DNA of 38,547 bases from Octopus bimaculoides (lineage: Eukaryota), in the NCBI RefSeq assembly GCF_001194135.2, contig NC_068986.1, positions 81,263,875 through 81,302,421 of the forward strand, in the 5' to 3' direction. Numbering within the stretch: the stretch's first letter is position 1; every line of letters begins with the position of its first letter. A model generated the notes under the pieces. That model was not told the DNA's origin and made no database searches. It worked only from the letters and a program-made list of their open reading frames with translations. Positions 1 through 12,272 of the stretch are shown here, piece after piece. The position numbers and the translations under genes are program-made.

Positions 1-70
1 TTTCGGTCCAAAACATTCCTCTTCGCAGCATAAGATGTATTTTACTTTTTTAACTACTTTTTTTATTATG

Positions 71-134
71 GAGATGTACTTGCATGGTAAGTGACCTGAT
101 CTGAGATGTACTTGTATAGCAAGTGACCTGATCT
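71..134. repeat. 32-bp tandem duplication
   Basis: GAGATGTACTTGCATGGTAAGTGACCTGATCT (71-102) is followed by GAGATGTACTTGTATAGCAAGTGACCTGATCT (103-134), then a third GAGAT. Confidence 0.85.
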
Positions 135-245
135 GAGATCGTGCGCTGGAACGAAAACAATTGCAGCGTGGAAGGTGTTTATAAGTCATTTAAGAAACAC
201 ACAAAAACCGTTAGATTCACTTCCACATTTAAATTTAATTTAAAT

Positions 246-455
246 TCTTTTATTTGTTTCAATCATTTGACTGCGGGCATGCTGGAGCACAGCCTTGAAG
301 GACTTTAGTCGAGCAAATATACCCCGGGACCTATTTTTTAAGCCTAGTACTTATTCTATCAGACTCTTTTGCTGAGCTGCTAAGTCATGGGGACGTAAAC
401 ACACTAACACCAGTTGTCAAGCGGTGATGTGGTAGGGGGAAAAACAGGCACAAAG
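246..455 (-). mobile_element. tRNA-derived SINE family A, 3' half
   Basis: Matches the near-intact copy at 19081-19475 (CATGCTGGAGCAC, AGTCGAGCAAAT, AAGCCTAGTACTTATTCTATC, GGGGACGTAAACAC); runs into (CA)n and a gap. Confidence 0.85.
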
Positions 456-495
456 ACATACACTCATAGATACACACACGAACACACACGCACAC

Positions 496-563
<68 letters not shown>

Positions 564-1181
564 NNNNNNNNNNNNNNNNNNNNNNNNNNNNNNNNNNNNN
601 NNNNNNNNNNNNNNNNNNNNNNNNNNNNNNNNNNNNNNNNNNNNNNNNNNNNNNNNNNNNNNNNNNNNNNNNNNNNNNNNNNNNNNNNNNNNNNNNNNNN
701 NNNNNNNNNNNNNNNNNNNNNNNNNNNNNNNNNNNNNNNNNNNNNNNNNNNNNNNNNNNNNNNNNNNNNNNNNNNNNNNNNNNNNNNNNNNNNNNNNNNN
801 NNNNNNNNNNNNNNNNNNNNNNNNNNNNNNNNNNNNNNNNNNNNNNNNNNNNNNNNNNNNNNNNNNNNNNNNNNNNNNNNNNNNNNNNNNNNNNNNNNNN
901 NNNGTTTTTATTCTGTCTGTTTTCTTCGCATACTGTTTTTCTCTGTTATATTGGTGCGCTACGGTAGATTATTTAAGACTTGGCTCTTATTTCTAGCAGG
1001 TAGATGCTCATTAAGCATCATTACGATATTTCATAGCTCCTTAAAGCTATCATAACTGCGTTCCACCAATGCTACTACTGGTGATATCATTAAATTTTGA
1101 ATTTATCCACAGATGATATGAACAGTAGTGACATCTAACTTCAAATCTCAGTGTTTGAATATTTCATTTAAATATATATAT

Positions 1182-1342
1182 ACAAGTTTCTTTCAGTTTC
1201 CGCCTGTCAAATCCACTCACAAGGCTTTGGTCGGCCCGAAGCTATAGTAGAAGACGCTTGCCTAAGGTACCATGCAGTGGGAGTGAACCTGAAACCATGT
1301 GTTTGGGAAGCTAGCTTCTTACCACTCAGCCATGCCTGCGCC
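1182..1342 (-). mobile_element. SINE family A, 5' half with tRNA-like head
   Basis: TTTCTTTCAGTTTCCG...AAATCCACTCACAAGGCTTTGGTCGGCCCG...CCTGCGCCTA matches 19318-19475. Confidence 0.85.
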
Positions 1343-1658
1343 TATGTGTATTATATTTGCTGGCGCAAGTTATTACAAGTTTCCTCGGGTTCTACAGGTA
1401 GTGAGTCAGACACCAAAATCAATATGTTTAGGATTTCAGTTACCTTTGGTTTCTGTACTTCTACAGCTCAATGAGAATTCTGTAAATTCCAGTTCCTTCA
1501 TCTCATGCTCTTTCAGGAAAATGGAAACGATGTCTTAAAATGAAACAATTCTGTACATTCAATGATTCTTCCCATTCAGTCACAAAATGTCTTTGCATGT
1601 TATATTCTTTCAATATTTATCAAATCTGTTACTCAATTGCATTGTTGTTTTCAACTCT

Positions 1659-1709
1659 GCCGCTAAACATTTTATCCGGCGAGCTAACGATGTTGCCAGC
1701 TCGCTCCCC
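1659..1709 (-). mobile_element. SINE family B head fragment
   Basis: The reverse complement resembles the B head GCGAGCTGGCA...CGTTAGC...CCGG...AATG.TTAGCGGC seen at 30693-30760. Confidence 0.55.
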
Positions 1710-1710
1710 T

Positions 1711-1759
1711 AACAACAACAACAATAATATCATCATCATCATCATCATTGCTGTTGTTG

Positions 1760-1824
<65 letters not shown>
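1711..1824. repeat. Compound trinucleotide microsatellite (AAC/ATC/GTT/ATT)
   Basis: Read directly from the sequence. Confidence 0.95.
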
Positions 1825-1827
<3 letters not shown>

Positions 1828-1911
1828 TAGTTTTATTTTTATAACGTGCTTTCACTTCACTACCGAGCGCAACTCTGTGTGCCTTGGGTATATGCTGTGG
1901 TTTGCTGTGAT
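1825..1911 (-). mobile_element. 3' end of R4/Dong-like RLE retrotransposon, (AAT)n family; the rest lies in the gap
   Basis: Near-identical to 2440-2526 (CAGTAGTTTTATTTTTATAACGTGCTTTCACTTCACTACCGAGCG...) and abuts (TTA)n. Confidence 0.8.
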
Positions 1912-2172
1912 NNNNNNNNNNNNNNNNNNNNNNNNNNNNNNNNNNNNNNNNNNNNNNNNNNNNNNNNNNNNNNNNNNNNNNNNNNNNNNNNNNNNNNNNN
2001 NNNNNNNNNNNNNNNNNNNNNNNNNNNNNNNNNNNNNNNNNNNNNNNNNNNNNNNNNNNNNNNNNNNNNNNNNNNNNNNNNNNNNNNNNNNNNNNNNNNN
2101 NNNNNNNNNNNNNNNNNNNNNNNNNNNNNNNNNNNNNNNNNNNNNNNNNNNNNNNNNNNNNNNNNNNNNNNN

Positions 2173-2210
<38 letters not shown>

Positions 2211-2212
<2 letters not shown>

Positions 2213-2439
2213 GGCGACTAGCTGGCTGAATCGTTTGCATGCATGGCAAGATGTTTAGCCATATTTCGTCCGTCCTTATGTTCTGAGTTCAAATTCCGCC
2301 GAGGTCGACTTTTCCTATCATCCTTTCGGGGTCGATAAATTAAGTACCAGTGACTGGAGGTCAATGTAATCGACAATTCCCCTCCCTCCAAAAAATTTCA
2401 GGCCCTGTTCCTTTAGTAGAAAGGATTATTATTATTATT
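2211..2439 (+). mobile_element. SINE family B with (ATT)n tail, flanked by (TTA)n on both sides
   Basis: AAGGCG..AGCTGG head, B-box-like GAGTTCAAATTCC, GCCGAGGTCGAC...CATCCTTTCGGGGTCGATAAATTAAGTACCAG core; shared with copies at 6995, 9545, 16272, 30437, 32503 and 32861. Confidence 0.85.
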
Positions 2440-3288
2440 CAGTAGTTTTATTTTTATAACGTGCTTTCACTTCACTACCGAGCGTAGCTCTGTGTGCCTT
2501 GGGTATGTGCTACGGTTTGCTGTGATGTTCTTATGGTTACTGAAAGTGTTTTGCGTAGGATGTGTGCAGTGCCCAGTAGTGCAATTTTCTGTATGTTATA
2601 TATACTTGTAAGTCCTGGTGTTTTTTTGTTATGTATTTGTCTGAATTTTTTTTTTATCTTACCTAATGCACCTACTATGATAGGAATTGTTTCTGTTTTT
2701 AGATTCCACATTCGAGTTACCTCTATTTCTAGGTCTTTGTATTTTGAAAGTTTCTCCATTTCTGTTTGTCTTATCTTCAACATCCCTATGAAATTGTCCT
2801 TATCCTCAAGTCCTTGTACAGTGCTTTATCTTTGTAATCTGCCATCCTACACAAGCCTGACCTTCTTACTTCCATTAATTGCGGTTCTGTGGCATTTTTA
2901 CATGCCATACTATGTTGTTTTCTTCTGCTTTAATGCTGTGTTCGCATCCAATCAGTCCTCTTCCCCTCTATTTCTTGGTACATGCAGTTTGTCTGTATCA
3001 CTTTTTGGGCGGAATATCCTAAGTCTAGTCAGCAACTTTGTCTTTTTGTCTAAGCTGCTTAGTTCGTCTATTGTTCATACGATTACCCCTGCTCCATATC
3101 TAAGGAGTGAAACCACCCAGGTATTGATAACTTCAATCTTATTCTGTCCGTTTAATTTCGACATAAGCATCAGTCTGCGCAAGTACCTCCGACACTCGCA
3201 CAGCATTATTTTAAGCTTCATTTGTTTTTGGATAGATTTCGGATCAGTGTTTAATCACTCTCACATGTTAAACGTTCCCGGTGTTCTT

Positions 3289-3290
<2 letters not shown>
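2440..3290 (-). mobile_element. R4/Dong-like non-LTR retrotransposon fragment (post-RT thumb fused to RLE C-terminus), decayed
   Basis: Minus-strand translation gives SKLNGQNKIEVINTWVVSLLRYGAGVI...SDTDKLHVPRNRG/RGLIGCE (thumb region), then EKLSKYKDLEIEVTRMWNLKTETIPIIVGALG...IQKIALLGTAHILRKTL (RLE end typical of the R4/Dong clade). Stops and frameshifts present; (TTA)n on both flanks. Confidence 0.85.
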
Positions 3291-3368
<78 letters not shown>

Positions 3369-3420
3369 GTTATTATTATTATTATNNNNNNNNNNTCATC
3401 ATTATTATTATTATTATTAC

Positions 3421-3490
<70 letters not shown>

Positions 3491-3492
3491 TC
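3291..3492. repeat. (TTA)n microsatellite with 10-N gap
   Basis: Read directly from the sequence. Confidence 0.95.
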
Positions 3493-3550
3493 TATATTAG
3501 CCACACTGACCGAAAAAACATTTAAGACAACACAAAGACAAAGAGCAAAG

Positions 3551-3922
3551 ACAGTGGCTACATTGTAAGAAGTTTGTTTCCCAATTACAAGGTTCCAGAT
3601 TCAGTCCCACTCCGTGGTACTTTGAGCAGGTACCTTCCACTATAACTCTGGGCCAACCAAAGCTTTGTGAGATTTGCTAGATAGAAACTGAAAGAAGCCC
3701 GTCGTGCGTGTGTGTGAGTGCGTGTGTTTGTCCAATACCACCGCTTAACAACAGGTGTTGGTTTGTTTTGGTCCCTGTGACTTAGCGATTCGGCAAAAAG
3801 ATACCGATAGAATAAATACCAGGCTTTAAAAATATAACTACTGAGGTCGATTCTTCCGACTAAATCTCTTTAAGGCGGTGCACCAATATGGCTGCTGTGA
3901 AATGACTAAAACAAGTAAAAAA
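3551..3922 (+). mobile_element. SINE family A, diverged full-length copy
   Basis: B-box-like GATTCAGTCCC, GAAACTGAAAGAAGCCCGTCG, CTTAGCGATTCGGCAAAAAGATACCGATAGAATAA and AAATGACTAAAACAAGTAAAA. Confidence 0.8.
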
Positions 3923-4428
3923 AATGGGTTGGAGGAAAAACAATAAAACAATAACAGTTAACAAAAAATTGTTAATCGCAAAATTCCCGATATGAGAAGT
4001 ACCACCGACGAGCAACCAAGGAATCCCACTGATATTGCATCATCCCAACTGCCTAACATCTCTTATTAACTAATTCTAGTTTGTATAGATCCTGCTCTAG
4101 AAAGTCACATATTTAGCAAGTCATCTGCAACACATTTTAGCATAATCTATGAGAATGTGCACTGTGAGTGATTGAAGATTCTCATATTGTCTGTAATAAG
4201 CTTATATGAATTTCTGCTGACATTTTACCATGCGTAGGCCCAACCAAATATTGACAACGTGCTACTGCAAAGTGCCACCATCTAAAGAGTGGTATATTTA
4301 GTATGAGACATTATGTCACATAGTACTTATATAGAGGTGTTGCTTAAAAATAATAATATAGATTTGTTGCGTAAAATTTGTAATATATAGATCTGTTTTA
4401 TAAAGCGTAGTTATGTACGAGATCCATC

Positions 4429-4575
4429 AAGGCGATAGTCTGGCGAAACTGTTAAAATGTCGGACAGGTTGCGTGGTAGCATCTGTTCTCAATCTATCTG
4501 TTCTGGCGACAACACTTGTGACGTCACTGATGCCAAGCTGTGTCAGCCCTTGACTTGCTCTTGGATATCATCATC
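4429..4575 (+). mobile_element. Degenerate SINE, B-like head plus C-like body
   Basis: AAGGCGATAGTCTGGCG resembles the B head; GACGTCACTGATGCCAAGCTGTGTCAGCCCTTG matches GACATCACTGGTGCCAAGCTGTATCGGCCTTTG at about 5573-5605. Confidence 0.5.
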
Positions 4576-4601
4576 GTTGGAGTGGATACGGGATAAAATT
4601 G

Positions 4602-4667
<66 letters not shown>

Positions 4668-5441
4668 NNNNNNNNNNNNNNNNNNNNNNNNNNNNNNNNN
4701 NNNNNNNNNNNNNNNNNNNNNNNNNNNNNNNNNNNNNNNNNNNNNNNNNNNNNNNNNNNNNNNNNNNNNNNNNNNNNNNNNNNNNNNNNNNNNNNNNNNN
4801 NNNNNNNNNNNNNNNNNNNNNNNNNNNNNNNNNNNNNNNNNNNNNNNNNNNNNNNNNNNNNNNNNNNNNNNNNNNNNNNNNNNNNNNNNNNNNNNNNNNN
4901 NNNNNNNNNNNNNNNNNNNNNNNNNNNNNNNNNNNNNNNNNNNNNNNNNNNNNNNNNNNNNNNNNNNNNNNNNNNNNNNNNNNNNNNNNNNNNNNNNNNN
5001 NNNNNNNNNNNNNNNNNNNNNNNNNNNNNNNNNNNNNNNNNNNNNNNNNNNNNNNNNNNNNNNNNNNNNNNNNNNNNNNNNNNNNNNNNNNNNNNNNNNN
5101 NNNNNNNNNNNNNNNNNNNNNNNNNNNNNNNNNNNNNNNNNNNNNNNNNNNNNNNNNNNNNNNNNNNNNNNNNNNNNNNNNNNNNNNNNNNNNNNNNNNN
5201 NNNNNNNNNNNNNNNNNNNNNNNNNNNNNNNNNNNNNNNNNNNNNNNNNNNNNNNNNNNNNNNNNNNNNNNNNNNNNNNNNNNNNNNNNNNNNNNNNNNN
5301 NNNNNNNNNNNNNNNNNNNNNNNNNNNNNNNNNNNNNNNNNNNNNNNNNNNNNNNNNNNNNNNNNNNNNNNNNNNNNNNNNNNNNNNNNNNNNNNNNNNN
5401 NNNNNNNNNNNNNNNNNNNNNNNNNNNNNNNNNNNNNNNNN

Positions 5442-5756
5442 GTGGTTAAAGCGTCGAGCTTACAATCGTGAGGTTGTGAGTTCGATTCCCGGACCGGGCT
5501 GCGTGTTGTGTTCTTGAGCAAGACACTTTATTTTACGTTGCTTCAGTTCACTCAGCTGTAGAAATGAGTTGCGACATCACTGGTGCCAAGCTGTATCGGC
5601 CTTTGCCTTTCCCTTGGATAACATCAGTGGTGTGGACAGGGGAGGCTGGTAAGCATGGGTGACTACTGGCCTTCCATAAACAACCTTGCTCGGACTTGTG
5701 CCTCGGAGGGTAACTTTCTAGGTGCAATCCTATGGTCATTCATGACCGAAGGGGTT
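5442..5756 (+). mobile_element. tRNA-derived SINE family C
   Basis: GTGGTTAAAGCG (3' part of A box; the start is in the gap), B box GAGTTCGATTCC, anticodon-arm-like segment, then an unrelated body. Confidence 0.8.
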
Positions 5757-6185
5757 TTCCTCGTATAATATATATATAAATGGAAGGATATGCAAGAAAT
5801 TAAATATTAAGTTATTTTCTTTCTTTTGTTTAAAAGTGTTTTTCGAAAATGACTGGCAATGAGTTTTGTTTGTGATTGATTGTCATATATAAAAGCCAGT
5901 CAGGAAAGTAAAAGCTATATCGTATTTATGGGTATGTTTCTGTGTGGGCGTATGTACGTGTAAGTGAGTGTGTGTGTACGTGAGTGTATTCAGTATAGGT
6001 ATATTCGAGCTTCATTATTTCCGTTTATTTAGTTCACATAGGCATTATTTTAACCCCAATTAATTCCTAATTAGTCGATGAGCACTCTCGATAATTAAAT
6101 ATTTATATTGGACAAAATTAAGGTTCGCGTTGTGAAATTCATTTACACCTAATTACCATATAAAAGCTCCTAGGTATCTCAATAT

Positions 6186-6238
<53 letters not shown>

Positions 6239-6994
6239 NNNNNNNNNNNNNNNNNNNNNNNNNNNNNNNNNNNNNNNNNNNNNNNNNNNNNNNNNNNNNN
6301 NNNNNNNNNNNNNNNNNNNNNNNNNNNNNNNNNNNNNNNNNNNNNNNNNNNNNNNNNNNNNNNNNNNNNNNNNNNNNNNNNNNNNNNNNNNNNNNNNNNN
6401 NNNNNNNNNNNNNNNNNNNNNNNNNNNNNNNNNNNNNNNNNNNNNNNNNNNNNNNNNNNNNNNNNNNNNNNNNNNNNNNNNNNNNNNNNNNNNNNNNNNN
6501 NNNNNNNNNNNNNNNNNNNNNNNNNNNNNNNNNNNNNNNNNNNNNNNNNNNNNNNNNNNNNNNNNNNNNNNNNNNNNNNNNNNNNNNNNNNNNNNNNNNN
6601 NNNNNNNNNNNNNNNNNNNNNNNNNNNNNNNNNNNNNNNNNNNNNNNNNNNNNNNNNNNNNNNNNNNNNNNNNNNNNNNNNNNNNNNNNNNNNNNNNNNN
6701 NNNNNNNNNNNNNNNNNNNNNNNNNNNNNNNNNNNNNNNNNNNNNNNNNNNNNNNNNNNNNNNNNNNNNNNNNNGCTCAGGTCGATTTATATTCAACTCC
6801 TTGTAACTGACTGCTAGTTAAAGAAAATATCTTTACAAGAAATTGTCTCTTTTAACATTCGCCAAAGAAGCTAAATGATAGATAAACATCTTGAAGTCCC
6901 AGAAGGTTTATAGTAGAGTAATAAATACATAGTATCTTTATATGGATGTGTTCGAGAGTCATTATTTTTATTTATTTAGTTCAAATAGACATTG

Positions 6995-7104
6995 ATCGTA
7001 ACCCCAACTGATCGACCCCAGTACGCAACTGGTACTTAATTTATCGACCCCGAAAGGATGAAAGGCAAAGTCGACCTTGGCGGAATTCGAACTTAGAACG
7101 TAAA
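6995..7104 (-). mobile_element. SINE family B core fragment
   Basis: ACTGGTACTTAATTTATCGACCCCGAAAGGATGAAAGGCAAAGTCGACC is the reverse complement of the B core. Confidence 0.85.
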
Positions 7105-7892
7105 TATATAGCTTTTAAATGTCTTTCGCTCGGGAAATTCATTCAAACTAATGCGGTCTTGCTAAGTAAAGATGAAGCTAACATCTCTTGTCTTCTTGGA
7201 ATAATTTTATCATGTAGCTAGGCACCATCTCCGACCGTTAACCACAGAATCTTTATAGTCTGAAAAGGTATTGAACTTCGAGCATTTAATTACTTATCTA
7301 GAATGCTTAAGCTTCTCCTATAATTAATATTTTTATATCATTCATGCAACATCATTTTCCCTTCAACATTTTTCATTTTGTAGAATGATTTATGTGTACA
7401 GTCAAATCACTTTGAAGATCACTCATGGATATGAATAATTAGTGCTTCAGATGGATTCAAAATCTTTAATTCTTTCCTACATATCTTTTTGTACCTGGTT
7501 GAGATACTTCGTATAAATTATAAGTTTATCGCCTTTCATCGTTTTTGTGATCGCCTTTAAGTTTGGAAAAAGTAAAAGTCTCAACGTCCACTATTGAACA
7601 ACGATTTCGCTTTCTTTTTTAATAAAAGAAACGTTAGCTTTCTTGTAATCTACGAGGTTACAATTTTTGCTTTGTAATGTCTTGTTTAACAAATTAAATT
7701 CCTAGAAGACATTTTCCAATTGTCTGCTTTGCGCCAATGAATCTTACTCCATGCTCTTTATCATTCATGAAGGATACTATGCTGTCTCTGAATGTAATAA
7801 ATTATTGAAGACAGTTTTCCTTGGGAAGTCACCTCAGCCAGTTAGGCAACACACTCAAAGGTTTTGAGACGCCCTCACAAGTTTTTACTTAC

Positions 7893-7915
7893 AAAAGGCT
7901 CTCTCCACATCAACG
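7893..7915 (-). CDS. Candidate 23-nt microexon (VDVERAF), host unknown
   Basis: Minus strand: TATACTTTTCGTTCGTATTATTCAG | CGTTGATGTGGAGAGAGCCTTTT | GTAAGT. Splice-site pattern only. Confidence 0.25.
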
Positions 7916-8379
7916 CTGAATAATACGAACGAAAAGTATAATATTTTAAAGGGGCGATGAATATTTTGTATCCATTAAATATAGTACTAGCCTCTTTCAA
8001 TGTATCAGATCCCCGCTTTTCACAATTTTTACTCTGTGATCCCCTTCAAATATGTTAAGACCTAGAAAAAAAAAACCATGATTGATTTAGTTGTTTTTGA
8101 CTGCGTAATCCTAAAAGAAAATTACTAGTTTTGCTCTCCCTCGTTGTATTAATTAAACACACATTTATGTACGTATGTGCTTACAGTGTTGGTGGGTGTA
8201 CTTATGAATAGACGAGTGTGTACGCGTATATTTATGTATGCATGTGTTAAATAGAAGTAATTGCTTGTGGGCCTTATCTGTCAATCAATTATTGTTTTAT
8301 TTACATATCTTATCTATAGAATAATCTCTGTGTACATGAATTTATCTCTCTCCCTTCTCTCTCTTATATCTATCTGTAT

Positions 8380-8490
8380 ATCTATTAATCTATCTGCCAA
8401 TCTTTTCGAAATTTTATCTATGCACCCATCCATTTATCTACTTACCAATCCATCCGACCAACTATCTATCTCTGTCTATCTATCAATTTG

Positions 8491-8549
<59 letters not shown>

Positions 8550-8610
8550 CTATCTATCAATTTGTCTATCTATCAATTTGTCTATCTATCTATTTATCTA
8601 TCTATCTGTC

Positions 8611-8680
<70 letters not shown>

Positions 8681-8800
8681 CACACACACACACACACACT
8701 AAAAGAAGAAAGTAGAAGATATATATGTATAAAAATTTATATATATATATATACACACACACACATATATATATACATGTATATATATATACTTACCCAT
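8380..8800. repeat. Compound microsatellite (CTAT)n/(AT)n/(GT)n/(CA)n
   Basis: Read directly; source of the SIYL/YLSI ORFs. Confidence 0.95.
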
Positions 8801-9314
8801 CAATCTTGCGATCCATCTATCTCTCTCTTTATATATCTATATCTACCTCTGTGTATATGTGTGGTGTGTCCGTATGTTTGTGTGTATGCGTGTGTATGTA
8901 AGCATGTATGTATGGTTGTGTGTATGTATGTCCGCACGAACTATCTATCTTTGGGCATGGACATCAAACAAAGAAAAAGCCCATAAACCGTTATCCAGTT
9001 ATTCTGAGCTGATATAACTCCACAACAAAACACAAAAAGAATACAATTCGACTATAAACAACAGCAAACAATATTGGTTATAATACGGTGAGGGGTAGTA
9101 TGAATGAGAGATGCGTGGGGTGCCCAGTACCCTTGTAAAAAAGACCTAGGATCAGTGTTATCCTATGTTCTGAATATTTCGGTGTTAATATGTTAAGTAG
9201 GTTGAACCAGTGCAGTTTCCTTATTTCCCGGGTTACCGCAACTATTGTTAGCTTTGATCTTTAAGCCAGTGTCTTAGTGGTCGTCTTTTTGGTCGCTAAA
9301 TAGATTGGCCTTAC

Positions 9315-9457
9315 CGTTGCTGTTGTTGTAGTTGGGGTTTTTGTTGTAGTTGGGGTTTTTGTTGTGGTAGTGGTAGTGGTGGTTGTTATGGTACTTGTGG
9401 TTGTTATTGTAGTGTAGGTGATATTGTTGTTGTTGTTTGTTGTTGTTTGTTGTTGCC

Positions 9458-9488
<31 letters not shown>

Positions 9489-9497
9489 TTGTTGTTG
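9315..9497. repeat. Compound (GTT)n/(GTG)n/(GCT)n microsatellite
   Basis: Read directly; source of the poly-Q/poly-T ORF. Confidence 0.9.
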
Positions 9498-9544
9498 CTC
9501 TATTTCCGTTATTATTGCAAATTCTACATACTCGTCATCTTCGC

Positions 9545-9730
9545 GGACAACATGCTCAGCGGCATTTCTTCCGGCTTTTCTGTTCAAATTTTCTGAGTTC
9601 AAATCCCGCCGAGGTCGACTTTGCCTTTCCTCCTTTCGGGATCGATAAAACAAATTACCTGTTAATGTAATCAGCTAACCCCCTCCGCACAAAATTTTCA
9701 TCCCTTGTTGCTATATTACAGAAAAGGGTT
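9545..9730 (+). mobile_element. SINE family B, diverged
   Basis: CTGAGTTCAAATCCCGCCGAGGTCGACTTTGCCTTTCCTCCTTTCGGGATCGATAAAA. Confidence 0.8.
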
Positions 9731-9991
9731 ATTGATCTCTCTTATTTAACAAATGATGTTCAGTCAGAAAATAGCACTCCCCCGTCTTAAATACTGACAC
9801 CAACAGCCCACCGCAAAAGTACTTTCTCGTTAAAAGAATTTCCTTCACGCAGTCAAGATAGCATATGTTGTGATTTAGATCTCGATAATCTCACTCCTCA
9901 ACACTCGATAATCCTTTCCTGATATCCAATATACACACAGAACGGATAGTCACCTCTCTCTCTCTCACTCACTTACTCACTCTCTCTCTCT

Positions 9992-10032
<41 letters not shown>

Positions 10033-10289
10033 ACACTTATACACACACACACACACACACACAACCATACCTCATCTCTCTATTCCTCCCTTTCTCTCTC
10101 TCACACACACACATACCTCCTCTCTCTCTTTCTTCGTCTCTCTTTTCCTCTTACACATACACGCATGCATAAACACGCCCACACAATCATACTCATACAC
10201 ACTTACACATATGCTTATACACACATACACAAACACCCTCCCAGTATGGTACGTTGAATGTCATATCAGTTCTGACCACAAGTGTTCAA

Positions 10290-10490
10290 ATAATTCAGTC
10301 AACGGAACTGCATATTCATTCCATTGTACATAAGTGGCTGAGTATTCCTCACATTATGTGATATACAGCATAACAAACTGATTGATATGCTGTGTTACAT
10401 ACTGTATGATATTCTACTTGACATGGTGTGTGACAACATAATACGTGTCATGCTACGTGACAAGGTTAACCCTCTAAATAAAGCTACAAT
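10290..10490 (-). mobile_element. Degenerate SINE family D body
   Basis: AAGTGGCTGAGTATTC and GTGACAAGGTTAACCCTCTAAATAAAGCTACA resemble a recalled cephalopod SINE body; weakly similar (inverted) to 20580-20740. Confidence 0.4.
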
Positions 10491-12272
10491 CCATCATACG
10501 GGCTTCCACACAGTTTCTGTCCCTCACTGAAGTGGTTGAATAGACCTCGTATCTTTGACGTAATTATATGCAAAAATCAACGTATAATTTTATGAGTAAA
10601 ACCTGGTTCTCCGAATTACAGAAACTGTCCATGCAACGGGATTCCATATACCAACCCCATTTTCCTTAGAAGACGTGCGGCCCAATTTTCCTTAGAAGAT
10701 TTGCGTCACTCGCCCAAGATGCTACGCAGTGGAATCATAACGCAAGGCCGTATGATTGTGAAGCGAACATTTCATTCATGAGGTAATGCCTACATCAGAC
10801 ACGTAGAGCCTGGGAAGGCCTGCGAAGCCATATGTATAGCCTAGCCTTCCAGACTATACCAATAAATGACATACTGCGTTCTCAAACACACTTAAATACG
10901 CATCTTGATAATACTAAAACTCTAGGGGTATTTATCTGTACCCGAAATATCTCAAAAATAGTATATTTTATCTTAATTTGTTTCGCATATTTATTTTCAT
11001 ACTTACCTTCGGCAGTACTGTACAAATTTTTGTGACATTTGGATCTCTATTTATTAATGTAAACGAGTAAACACAATTTTTGTTAGCTATTTCTTGACGA
11101 GAAAAAAAAACATAGCTTCTGTGACTTCAACACATACACATATGCAGAATACACACACATATAATGAATGTCATGGCGTGTCAATCAACACAAACACACA
11201 TCCGCTATATGTGACATATATACAGACATAGTCTTCGCCATCTAAGAAAACAACGTCGACTTTTTGACGTACACTATATTTTAATCATTTAGAAATATTT
11301 TTAACTGAATGTGATTTCAAAAATGTAAATTTTTTGTACAGTAGATATTTATATTTTAGCTTTCTGTAAACAGACAATATTTTAATGTTCTTTTTTTAAA
11401 TTATTTTTAAGTCGTTAATTTCCGTAAAAAAAAAATGTTATTTATTTACAATTTGTTTTAAATTGAAAGAGAGGAGAAAGTGAACGATGTATGTTCGTGT
11501 ATATGAAATGGACGTGTGTGTTTGTGAAAGAGAGAGAGAGAGAGANNNNNNNNNNNNNNNNNNNNNNNNNNNNNNNNNNNNNNNNNNNNNNNNNNNNNNN
11601 NNNNNNNNNNNNNNNNNNNNNNNNNNNNNNNNNNNNNNNNNNNNNNNNNNNNNNNNNNNNNNNNNNNNNNNNNNNNNNNNNNNNNNNNNNNNNNNNNNNN
11701 NNNNNNNNNNNNNNNNNNNNNNNNNNNNNNNNNNNNNNNNNNNNNNNNNNNNNNNNNNNNNNNNNNNNNNNNNNNNNNNNNNNNNNNNNNNNNNNNNNNN
11801 NNNNNNNNNNNNNNNNNNNNNNNNNNNNNNNNNNNNNNNNNNNNNNNNNNNNNNNNNNNNNNNNNNNNNNNNNNNNNNNNNNNNNNNNNNNNNNNNNNNN
11901 NNNNNNNNNNNNNNNNNNNNNNNNNNNNNNNNNNNNNNNNNNNNNNNNNNNNNNNNNNNNNNNNNNNNNNNNNNNNNNNNNNNNNNNNNNNNNNNNNNNN
12001 NNNNNNNNNNNNNNNNNNNNNNNNNNNNNNNNNNNNNNNNNNNNNNNNNNNNNNNNNNNNNNNNNNNNNNNNNNNNNNNNNNNNNNNNNNNNNNNNNNNN
12101 NNNNNNNNNNNNNNNNNNNNNNNNNNNNNNNNNNNNNNNNNNNNNNNNNNNNNNNNNNNNNNNAAATTAACGAAGAAAACCAGCTGGTACGGATGACAGT
12201 TCTGAGAGTCAAAGCGAAAGATCGCCCCAAGGAAATACCATTACAAAAATTTTTTGGACATATCTCAGCTCC

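Noticed and set aside
9060-9310. Possible decayed R4/Dong 3' end next to (GTT)n
   Set aside because: Only a loose KETAL-like match with frameshifts; not supportable.
9261-9653. Poly-Q/poly-T ORF suggesting a mucin or polyglutamine protein
   Set aside because: Composed of the reverse strand of SINE-B plus a (GTT/GCT)n tract.
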